This document shows, in pieces, positions 53,301 through 64,000 of a DNA stretch of 64,000 bases. Both the position numbers and the translations under genes were made by a program. The notes under the pieces are model-generated. The model was not told where the DNA came from and searched no databases. It worked only from the letters and a program-made list of their open reading frames with translations. Each line of letters begins with the position of its first letter. Within the stretch, counting starts at the first letter, position 1. The DNA lies in the NCBI GenBank assembly GCA_012295275.1, contig CM022667.1, forward strand, positions 15,562,001 to 15,626,000, in the 5' to 3' direction. Source of the stretch: Chrysomallon squamiferum. Lineage: Eukaryota > Animalia > Mollusca.

Positions 53301-56300
53301 TTTTTTTTTTTGCCATCACTTTCAAAGCTAATGACTTGCTGGCAAACATTTATGTATCTTTTACCATCATCCTCATCTTACTATGCACCAAGAAAAGTCA
53401 TAAGAATACAAATAAAGGAAAATGCCACTCTTCATGCATTACTTGCTATTTCATTATCAAACTTAAATGTTGAAAAGATTGGTGACTAATTAAGAAGATA
53501 TAATGAAAATATATAAAATATATATACATTTATTTACTTTAATATTTATTTTATTTTATTTTTTTGTTGTTTGCTTGGATAAATTTTAATAACAATGATT
53601 AAAAACAAATAAATAAAGGAAAAATGTTTCCTGATGCTTTTGAATGTCTTTTAAAATAAAATCCAAATACAATCATTCTCTCCGTTTGGCTCTATTCATC
53701 ATCAGAATAAATTACAAAGGCTGCAGATTACCCAACCCCACCCCAAAGTGAGTTTTTTAACATGCTAGGACAATGGAAGAAATGTAGAAATGTTGTTGTT
53801 GTTTACTTTCATAATGGGCTGAAACCAATACCTTTACAAGAAAACCACGGAGTCAAGAAACCATCAGAAATCCTTGCATACCTGAATTGCAGATTACGTT
53901 TGGAGTTAGGCTTTAATTATTTAACTGGAGGGCTGTATAAATAACTTTCAGTTTAAATCCCTCCATTCACATGTGGTTTCCATAATGCTGATTTCACTTG
54001 CATTGAAATGTGACCCAACATTGGATGAAACAGACAATCAAATCAAATTCTGACAGAAAAACCTCATTGTGTGCAAAATATATCAAACTTCCAATACAAA
54101 AGCCTGGAAGCAAGTCTATTGTCAACTTCTGCAATCCTTTGACCAATCAGAATCCAATTTGATTAGAAAGGAATATTACATCACAACCTTTCAGCCAATG
54201 AAAATTTAATTTGTACTAGACTTGCTGTTATGCCATTTCATTGATAATAGTAATTATAGTTGATGAGAAATTGATACAAATTTTTAAAGACTTTGGTTCT
54301 GATATGCAACACTTTCAGGTGTCAGTTGTGTACAGAATTTAACACTATCACAAACTTCCCATATAGGAACAGTGCTAGATGCCTGAACAACATTGCATAA
54401 TTCCAAATTAATGGAATTAACTGTACCATTTCGTAATAATTATTTTATCATGCCAGCAAGTAATAAACAATCTGTCTGATGTAAGAAATTTTTGTGAAAA
54501 TTTCAGTTTTGTATTAAATAACAAACAGGTTGAAAAAAACAACAACTATTTACTGAATTAAAGCTATCACTGAAGAATTTATAATACTTCTGAATTCTGA
54601 AATAAAAAAGAAAACCATTGTTCTTTTCACAGACAGATAAGAATTTATGCAGGATTGTAAAAGAATGCAGAGTGGTAAATTTAAATAAAATAAGTTAATC
54701 CATTTATAAATATATCCTCAAGCACAACCAGTATTCATATGTCAAACTATTTATTTTCTAATTAATTAAGTTTTCTGAAATAAACTGGGGAAAATAAATG
54801 TAAAAAATAATAATAATAAAAGTTAGAATAAAATGAAAATAAAGAAGATTCAAAATATAAAAATTAACATTTTTTAATTTTTTTTTTACGTAAATTACAT
54901 ATTAACTATTGTAGAAAAAAAAAATAGAAGACATTTCTGAACAATTAAATATTAATTAAAATCATTTTCAATATTCTTATTTAATGTTATCACACTAACT
55001 TAACCTTTTTCTTGGCACCAACTGTTAACAAAGAATTATTCTTAAATATTTATAAATTAATTATTAATCTTAATGCTGTAAGGAGCAACAGCTAAAATAA
55101 TTAATCAACAAAACACTATTAAAAAGGGTGTTTTACAAGAAATTAATATTCCCAAATTATTGATTAAATTATTTAAATTCTGAATGTTGTAACTGAGGTA
55201 TTTTATCAAATTATAAAAACATAACATATACAAACTTATTTTTAGATGAGAGTTCATTAGAGTTACATCAAGAGTATAATAATAATAAATGGAATTAAAA
55301 CAGAATTATAATAAAGGAAAGCTTGACATTGCTTATAAAATAAAATAAAATAAATTTGTATCTGTATTAGAAAAAAAACAAACAACACCAACATATTAAC
55401 AAAATGTAACAGTTAAAAACTAGTATGAATTATTAATATGAGGAGGAGGAGTGTGCCATAGGTTAACAACATGAACAGTTAGTTAGCCATTTCTCCAAGC
55501 TCCACCAGTCATTTACAACAAGACATTCATCAAGTATTGATTGCCCTGCAAATAAAACTCCTAAAACATGGAGCAGATGTACTTTTTGTTAAATGTCTCA
55601 CGTGGAAAATAAAAGTCAGCTGCATGTTGTGTCTGCCACAGACCCGGGAATAAAGAAAGGAAGAAAGAAAGAAAAAATTAAATATAAGAAACAAAAGTCA
55701 TCTCCATAACATCTGGCAAATGGGTGAATGAACTGCCCCAGTGAATTCCCCCACAGCTGATGGATTCTAAGACCCCAGCCACACACGCGTGCCATGCAAA
55801 AATACTTCCACACACTCACACACACACATGTTGGACGGTCCAAAGGGCATCTGGTCCTGTTATCTCGATCACAAAATACTCCATTAAAACTGATGGCCAA
55901 TAATAATAATAATAATAATCTTGGATCTGGAGTACTGTTAGGAAAAGATGAAAAAAAAAAAAGAGAAAGAAAAGAAAGGGATGAAGAACAATGGATTCAT
56001 CACCCCCACCCCAAAAGCCAAACATTGCTTTCACACCTCCTGTTGAGAGATACAATAGAGGCACGCGACCAGCATTAGTCCTGTTAAGAAAAAAATTGGG
56101 CTTTGATCACTGTTCATTACAGGAACACTGATGCAGGTGACCCAACTCATTTGCATACAGGTGAACCACATGGGTCCTTTGGGGCCACTGTCGTCTCGTC
56201 TCTTTCACTGTTCTGTGATGTCAGTGTTAAATATAGAAACAATCCCATACATCTGCTGCAATGTCAGTCTGCTAGAAAATTAGCCAGGCTTAAATTCCAT

Positions 56301-59272
56301 CACTTAAATGTCACTGAGAGAGGTCCTGAACATCAAGATCAAAATATTTCTATTTTAAAACAAAGCAGCTGGATGTCAAAATTTTAGAGGTACAATGAAT
56401 CTGAGTTAAGTTATGATGAAAAGTATTTGTGTGAAATTTTAGAATATGGACTAGTTGTGGCATTTCAATAATAATAATAATAAAGAAAAAGAATCACGTC
56501 TGGATTCAATTTTGTAAAATAAACCTGTTTATTCATTGTAAATATATACTTCAAGTAAATCACCTTGAATCATGACTGCGTTTTTCAAAACCCACCCACA
56601 TACCACATGTACATTTTCACTTAATACAAGCTAAAACAATTATTTAGTCTCTGTAAATAAATAATTATTATTGTTGAATTTGTATTTTTATTTATTAACT
56701 TTTTAGTCAAGAGTAGAAGAAAATTAGAGTTAATTATTGATATAAACATAAAATATTTCTCAGTCTAAATAATTCAATAATTTTTTTTTTTTTTAAATTT
56801 AAAGAGAATAATCTGTAAAAAGATTAAAAGACTTATTTGATATGCATGAACCTAAATTATCCCTACTTAATACAGAATATTAAAAAAAAAATGTAAAAAC
56901 AAAAATATATATATATATATATATTTTTGATAAAATTCGAAACATCCTTCACAACCAAACCTCCATTTAAGAAAAAACAAAACAACAACAACAATATAAT
57001 AATAAAATGAAAAATAAAATAAAATAAAGCAAAATCCCACTTTCATCAGAAGTGTACCCCCAAAATATCAATCACAAACACAAGAGAAGAAAAACACAAA
57101 AACAAAAAGAACTTAACAAAAAACAAAAAGCCTTACTTCCACATCAGATGTAAAGAGTAAATATTTAAGAAATATATTCGTTAGATTGACAGGAAGGCTA
57201 GTTCATTGAGAGGTCAATGTGAGGTCATGTATCAAGGTGACTTACTTTAATGGTTACACGATACATCCTTTTTCCCCAACACATGTTGTATAACTGTCAC
57301 TTTTATCCAAACATTGTAAATAACAGAGCAAGAAATAAACAATGATAAACAACACACTGACTATTTTAAACCAAAAAAATTCAAGAAAAAATATAGAAAA
57401 AAAATTCAAGAAAAAAAAATAAAGAAAAAATTTAATAAGTAAATAAATAAAAATAAATAAAATAATTTCTAGAAAGACACATAATCCTTTGTATCCCAGT
57501 AATGGTTAATGGAAGAAATTAAAAAAAAAATTCTTATTTATAAAAATCTGAAATGTTATTAAATATTTAATCTATTGTTAACAACGTGCATGCTTCAATG
57601 TCTATTATATGTATGTGTACACACACACACACACACACATATATGCATACAGGTGCTATATGTTTCTAGAATATATATGTGATATATGCAAACAATGGTC
57701 ATCACTTATTTATGACTTTAACCATTATATTGACAAGAATAAAGCCACATTAAGGTGATGCAAACTTGCACTTAGGTTAAAGTGGTTGGTAAGTGGAAAA
57801 CAAAAACAGGAACACAGCTTGTGAAAACTGTTACATAATCAATAACTGTTACAATAAATAAAGTCTCATTTTGTATTGGGGAAAAAAAAAACACATATAT
57901 ATATATATATAAAAGAAAATTTATATATGTACATTAAGTATTTATAAATGTATTTTATTCCTATGTGTGTACCTGAGAGTACCAGATAATTTCAAAATAT
58001 TTCATCAAAGTTGAGAATTCAGAAAGTAACTGTTTTTGTTATTCTTATAATCAGAAAATGTTTATATATTTCTTTCTTTCTTTGTATTATATATTTGATT
58101 TTATTACATATTTTTTTTATCAATTGTTTCAATTTTTATGAAGCTTATTTAATGTGTTTTATATTTTATAGGTATATTTTGGAATCATTGATTATATATA
58201 TCATTTCTCGTTTACATAATGATATACTGATTCAGGTACTCTAACATTTCTAACATTTAATATATTTTTATATATATATATATATATATTTATTAGGAAA
58301 TTTATATTAAAAAAATATTAAATTATGATTTATATTATTGATAAGTAGTGGTAGAGAAAATAATTTAAAATATTTCAACAAATTATTATTACTCTTAACT
58401 GCAGCTGAAAATATTTTTCTTTGTCCATTTATTAAACGTGTATTAAAAATAAAAGTTTTAACAGTTCATAATTATTCAGTTCCTCAGCTCATGAATATTA
58501 ATTTTCAAAATGGCCACCAAATGTCATTTACTGAAACTATTCGGATTTTTTTTCTTCAAAAATCAATTAAAAATATTTTAATCTTTGCATATTCAATATG
58601 CATCTGTGGACAAATAATACGTATTTTCAAGATGTTAACGGCATATCTGAAAACAAAATGTCAACATTCCAAAAACTTCCCGCAATTTTAAAATTAATAT
58701 TTTGCAAATCGAGGAGATGGCGCCAACAGAAATACCCTACGTCTGATGGTGCTACAAAGAAAAAAGTATCTGACTTACTTGAATCTTGAACTGTTGCCTT
58801 CTTTTTGCAACTTCTGTTTTTATATCATCGTCCTGAAACATAACGTAGAAAAATTCAAGGTTTAAGAAAGTATGCCAGCGATGCAAATTCTCCGGGAATC
58901 GGGCGCACTGGGTCAATCGAACAAAGACGAAGGGTGTGCGAAACCCATTAAACTTTTGACGTTTATAAAAAATGAGCAAACATAATAAATAAAGTGTAAA
59001 AGAAACCAAATTCATTATTATTTACCTCCATTGTTTTTCGTTTTCTGCATATGGTCGGTCTTGAAATTGTCTCAGGTTCAAGATGTTTTGATCGACACTG
59101 CAATCGTGCACTGCAAAGAAAAAAAAAAGCACGTCCAAGTTGTAGGGAGGGGTTTAAAACGGAACTGGGGTAAGGGGTAGATTAATTAAAGTTTAAAAAC
59201 CACAAGAGATTAAAAAGAAGTAAAATTTATTTACACATTAATGAAAAAGAACACTCACCTTTTTCTTGACAT
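44247..59272 (-). CDS. CCNE: G1/S-specific cyclin E, complete spliced gene, 428 aa
   Basis: Exons 59259-59272, 59026-59110, 58779-58832, 47302-47622, 46786-46932, 46396-46491, 45978-46124, 45675-45786, 44985-45142, 44247-44399 join in phase (1287 nt). Motifs: MSRKS start, [72 protein letters not shown] degron. Confidence 0.97.
44985..45142 (-). CDS. CCNE: Cyclin E coding exon 9
   Basis: [18 protein letters not shown]...[16 protein letters not shown]. Confidence 0.95.
45675..45786 (-). CDS. CCNE: Cyclin E coding exon 8
   Basis: [37 protein letters not shown]. Confidence 0.95.
45978..46124 (-). CDS. CCNE: Cyclin E coding exon 7
   Basis: [21 protein letters not shown]...[14 protein letters not shown]. 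Confidence 0.95.
46396..46491 (-). CDS. CCNE: Cyclin E coding exon 6
   Basis: [32 protein letters not shown]. Confidence 0.96.
46786..46932 (-). CDS. CCNE: Cyclin E coding exon 5
   Basis: [23 protein letters not shown]...[16 protein letters not shown]. Confidence 0.96.
47302..47622 (-). CDS. CCNE: Cyclin E coding exon 4
   Basis: NQWIPISED...[18 protein letters not shown]...[11 protein letters not shown]. Confidence 0.95.
57200..57227 (+). promoter_or_regulatory. Double DR5 nuclear-receptor element in cyclin E intron
   Basis: AGTTCA-ttgag-AGGTCA-atgtg-AGGTCA. Confidence 0.55.
58779..58832 (-). CDS. CCNE: Cyclin E coding exon 3
   Basis: [18 protein letters not shown]; TTTCAG acceptor, GTAAGT donor. 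Confidence 0.87.
59026..59110 (-). CDS. CCNE: Cyclin E coding exon 2
   Basis: [28 protein letters not shown]; TTTGCAG acceptor, GTAAAT donor. Confidence 0.87.
59259..59272 (-). CDS. CCNE: Cyclin E coding exon 1 (MSRK)
   Basis: ATG TCA AGA AAA AG|GTGAGT; upstream TTTTCAG acceptor puts the exon start at 59294. Confidence 0.85.
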
Positions 59273-59699
59273 GATCCGAATCCCAATGACTTTACTGAAA
59301 AGTAAATAAAATCATTTTTATTTAACTTTTTTAACAAGTCTCTCAGAGGTCAGTTTTAAAATAACACAAACTTCGATCGAAATCAGAATAATACAGAATG
59401 TAAAATCTCTACAATCAGATGTTCGTAAAATGCAACCAGAAGACTGAAATTATGAAACCTGCTAAAGAAGGCGAGGTCCCAAGTAAACGAAGTCCGCGGC
59501 AAAGTGCATTCAAGTGCAACGATGGTGACCGCGCATAACTCACGAACAAAACTTATCCAGCGAACTTATGACATTTATTAGTTTTGAAATGTAAAATAAC
59601 AATGATTCATTATAATTATTAATAACAGAAGTTATAAATTCAACAGTAAACAGAGGAGAAAATATCTCTCCGAACAAAATCACGAGCTACCTAAAATAC

Positions 59700-59960
59700 G
59701 TCCGCCTGGCTCTCCTGCCAGCATACAATGACTGTCAGGTCCCGCCAATTTACATAATCAAGAATCCGAACCATGAACTATAACAAACTGCTGAATGTTT
59801 AAAAAACATAATTTTTATATTTATATTTAACAAATGTAAGTGAAATAATGCTCCAAGTTAAAAAAACCAAAAAACGTTACGAAATAAAATGAAATGAAAA
59901 ATTTCGAAGATCGCCGAATTCGATTTTTATTTTTTAAATTTTACGGCGCGAAAGACAACT
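59700..59960 (-). promoter_or_regulatory. Cyclin E promoter region with E2F sites
   Basis: Perfect GGCGCGAAA (TTTCGCGCC) at 59945-59953 and CCCGCCAA near 59741 in a CpG-rich patch upstream of the ATG. Cyclin E is a canonical E2F target. Confidence 0.65.
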
Positions 59961-60309
59961 TTAAGCGAGAATACGAACTGAATTAACTGTAATTTATCCA
60001 AAAAATATTTTGATTTTAATTACTACTTTGGAATTTTTATACTGCTCTGCATTAAAACATATTAGCTAACATCTAACCACATACTATTACAGATCTAACA
60101 GTTGTCAGAATATGTAAACAAATGGAAGAAGGGTGAAAAAAGTGGAATAAAAACAGAATAATAATAAATACATTGTGATTGTTGCATTTCAAATTGAAGA
60201 TAAGACTCTGACAAACTCAACCAGGTCTATAACATATATTAGCGGTATCCAAACGAACAATAATTTTAACTCAAAAATAAAATAAACATTAATTTCTCTT
60301 CTCGAAGTA

Positions 60310-60410
60310 TTATTTCCGGGTTTTCCACGCATGTCAAACAATCCAACAATTTGATTGGTCGACAAGGACGCCTCCTACTTGACTACGTCACGTGTAAGCA
60401 AAATGGCCTC
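60310..60410. promoter_or_regulatory. Promoter-like motif cluster (ETS, CCAAT, CRE/E-box, YY1)
   Basis: TTTCCGG, GATTGG, ACGTCACGTG and AAAATGGC within 100 bp. Confidence 0.55.
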
Positions 60411-62291
60411 ATGTATGGAGAAGTTCGTCGGGATTTTCAAGCAAAAATAAACCGCTGTCATTGGGATGATTCATCTGAAAGCACTTCCAGGTGCGCATAT
60501 TATTTGAAATGATTCCATATTTATTTTTGGCAAGAAATCTAAAGTATGACAGCTGCATGAAATAGAGACACCGAACGTTTCTCCAATCCAAATAGGATTA
60601 TCATGATAGAAGCACTATTAGCACTGTTGCGAGATATTGACCATAGTGACATACCAATCAATACGTTGAAAAACAACAGGTCTGATCATGTTAGAAATGA
60701 TCGATCTCGAATTCTAGCATTCTAGGTCATTGCAACATTCCTCGTCTACATTGTCGTAAACGACAAAAATTCTATAAATTTAATTATTTAAATGAATCTA
60801 ATTATAAAATTATTCTGTCTCTTCATAATTATAATTAATGATGGAAATATAATAATAAAAAGAAATGAAACCAATCTAATAAAAACATATTTCTAATAAA
60901 ATTTTAAATATTAATGCAGGAAAACGGTATATTTACTAATATAAAGATAATAAATATTTAACTTGCAAAATCATTTATAATTTATATTAAATATATTTTT
61001 AAGTATATAAATAATTTTGTAATTAAATCACCCTCACCTAGTTTTTTTGCTTACCTTTATGTAAGTAAATGCAGCTTACAGATCTCAGGTAGAAATTATT
61101 AATTATTGTTACAGGTTTTGCTATCAAACTGTACTTAAACTGACAGGTACGTCTGCAGTTTTCTAAAACACATCAACTGCTGTCGAAGTTTTGGGCAATG
61201 CATAACAACAGTTACCTAAAATCATTCTTGATTGGCCATGTGCTTCATATTATATGCAAATATAGTCAACTATACCTGCATATCTATTAATCTGGGTCGG
61301 AGGTCACATACACACACACACACACAAACACAGGGTCAGTTAAATTATTCTTTAGTTTTGATATGAAAAATTTGCCAAATTTATTATTGATCACAAATTT
61401 AAACTTCATTTTATATCTGCAACAAAACCAAAAATATGAAATTAGTTTTGACATTGATTGGAAATAATTTCTGAGTTCATTCATTATCCATTTGTTTTCC
61501 ACGTGATACACGAGGCATGCTTGGACATGCATTGACGATAACGCATTTCCATTTGCTGATTTTGTTTCCATGCTGGCTTGCTATATTTATAGACTTGTGT
61601 ATTAAAAGAAAATACATCTACGTGTTGTCATCTGGTCTACAGAGTCTAATACGCCCACACAATGACAGACAAAAGTATTCGCAAAAAATACTATCAAGTT
61701 GAAATGTTTTTTGCATGACAGTCCCAGTGGTTAAAGTTGTTTGGTTATTTTGTTTTGTTATTGTGAATAAAGTCAAATTTTGCCTGAATATGATAAAAGA
61801 TTTTGTGGTTATTTTTATGTTGAATATACATAAACATTTTAATGCATATATTCATAATACATACATACATTAATTTAATATATAGATTATAGATAGAGAA
61901 ATACATGCATACATATTATTTATTATATAAAATCTAACCTATCCTCATTAATGTAGGTTTTGTTTATTTATTTTGCTAGCTTTGCATATTTGTCTGTTTC
62001 TATTTTATTTGTTTATTACATTCAAATCTAGCCAGTTGCTATTTATATAATTATTTATTTTCTATTCACTTATTATTTTGTGTTTATCATGAAAGGCTAG
62101 CCTGGCCCATCCTATTTATGATTGAAGTACTTGTTTGGAGGCCGGATAGAGACTATAACATTGTAAAACTAAGTACTCTGAGATAATATAAAAATAGAAA
62201 AAATAAAAAATAGAAAAAAAGTGTGAAAAAAAAGTGTCAGTTGAATTAAATTTATGTGTAAGTAAAAGAAGCTGTAAATAATAATAATAAT

Positions 62292-62330
<39 letters not shown>

Positions 62331-62419
62331 TATTGAATAAATAGACAGATTAACAAACTGGTTTGTCAATTTTTTTTATTTTTTTTGTTTCATCTTTATA
62401 ATTAAACTATTTATACTGT

Positions 62420-62706
62420 CATCATCCCTACCACTGCTAAAACAATCACAACTGCTTCCACCATCAATAGTATCACCACCTTCTACCATTATTGCTGCAA
62501 CTACTATTACTACTATTACTACTACCATCACAACCACCTATGCTACTATCATCACCGCTATTACCACTGCCACTGTTATTACTAGTATTACTACTTCCAC
62601 CACCACAACAACTACCACTACCACAATTCCTACTAGTGCTATGACTATTTATCATTACCTTTACTATTTCAGTTACCACTACTACTGCCACAGTCACAAC
62701 TACCAT
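62420..62706. repeat. Cryptic (ACT/ACC)n trinucleotide tract
   Basis: Directly visible; similar tracts at 22490-22810, 23515-23700 and 63580-63740. Confidence 0.85.
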
Positions 62707-64000
62707 GACAACATGTAAAGTATATTTGTAAATAATAATGACATGCAGAAATTTACAGAACTAATAACTTTTCAGTTTATTTTACTCATTTCGTACACAG
62801 AAAAAAAAATAATAGTGAAAATAATAATAATTTAAAAAAACATGTTTATAATCTAAATCTGTCTTAGATATATGTTATACTAATCAATTAGTCAGTTCTA
62901 ATTTCAGTATTTAAATTTCAATGATTGATCAGTCAGTTCATTCAAATAATGATTTTTGTTATGCTTTATACAGTCAGCCAGACATTCATATTTTATCCAG
63001 TATTGTTCTCTTCTTTTAATTTTTTTCAGTTGTTTTCAAATATTTATTGAAATAAATAGCAGTATGGTTCTTGATTATCAAGTATTACCACTTTAAAAGG
63101 AAAAATAGGTAACTAAAATTATCACAGTAATATAAAACTATATTGTTAAATCTGAAATATTCTTTCACTTTTTATGAAAGTGCATCTTTCTTCTCTCACT
63201 CTCTCCATTTGTCTGTCTCTTTCTGTCAGCACATCTGTCTACCTGCCACTCTGTCTGTCTATCTGTCTATTGTATTTCATTGTCTGCCTATCTATATTTG
63301 CTTAACCTTATTTTAAAAAAATATATATATTAAAAAAATACACATACATGTCAGTTAACTATCTGTATGGTCAAAGGGGAGATAATTAGAAAATCTAGGG
63401 ACATATGTATTTGACAGTGCTTTTTATTTTTGTTTTTTTAAAATAAAACTAAAATTTTCTTTTACTATATAACACATAGACACACACATTTTTGCTGAAT
63501 AATAATTAAAAAAAAATAGTTTATCAAGTTTTGTAATTATTGTTATGAATGTGACTTTTCCTATCATCATTAGTAAGCTTTCACTGTTACTGCTACTACT
63601 TTTTATTATTACCATTGCCATTACTACTACTATTCCTGCTTAAAATGACTGCTGCTATAACTATTACTATTAGTACTACTAATGCTCCTACAACTACGAC
63701 TGCTATGACTGCTGTAACTACTACTGATATTACTACTAATATTAATGTATCATTTTTGTTTTTATTTATTTATTTATTTATTTGCAGGTACACCACAACA
63801 CCACTGTTCTGTAAAAGAGATTTTAAACACTGCATGTAATTTTTGCTGCATATATATATATACATCTTTGATTTAAATTATTTGCTAATAAAACTGAGAA
63901 ATTTCCGTACAAGTTTATTTTTAGATATAAATAAAAAGTTATATTATTAATTTTTAAAAAGGGAAAGAAAGAAAAAGAAATTAAATGCTGTTCATATATC

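Noticed and set aside
62473-62706. Gly/Ser/Asn-rich - strand ORF
   Set aside because: Product of a cryptic trinucleotide tract; no splice support.

Overview
AT-rich, microsatellite-rich animal DNA with spliceosomal GT-AG introns. The repeat content suggests a gastropod mollusc (inference). By reading splice sites and codon phases by hand I reconstructed three conserved genes: (1) the first two coding exons of MRPL3 on the - strand, running off the left edge; (2) a complete URI1 gene (9 coding exons, 408 aa, + strand, 2000-14053), head-to-head with MRPL3; (3) a complete cyclin E gene (10 coding exons, 428 aa, - strand, 44247-59272), tail-to-tail with URI1 across about 30 kb with no recognisable coding gene. 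Two inverted FLYWCH/Mutator-type transposon remnants sit in URI1 introns, along with a LINE 3' end. Most other track ORFs are microsatellite artefacts. I cannot demonstrate a wholly new biological system from sequence alone. The best leads are: the URI1-cyclin E adjacency shared with human 19q12; a double-DR5 element and other nuclear-receptor arrays; a seven-unit TGGC-N4/5-GCCA/CCAAT array just after the cyclin E stop; inverted transposons that could circularise URI1 exons; and a possible small spliced gene divergent from cyclin E.
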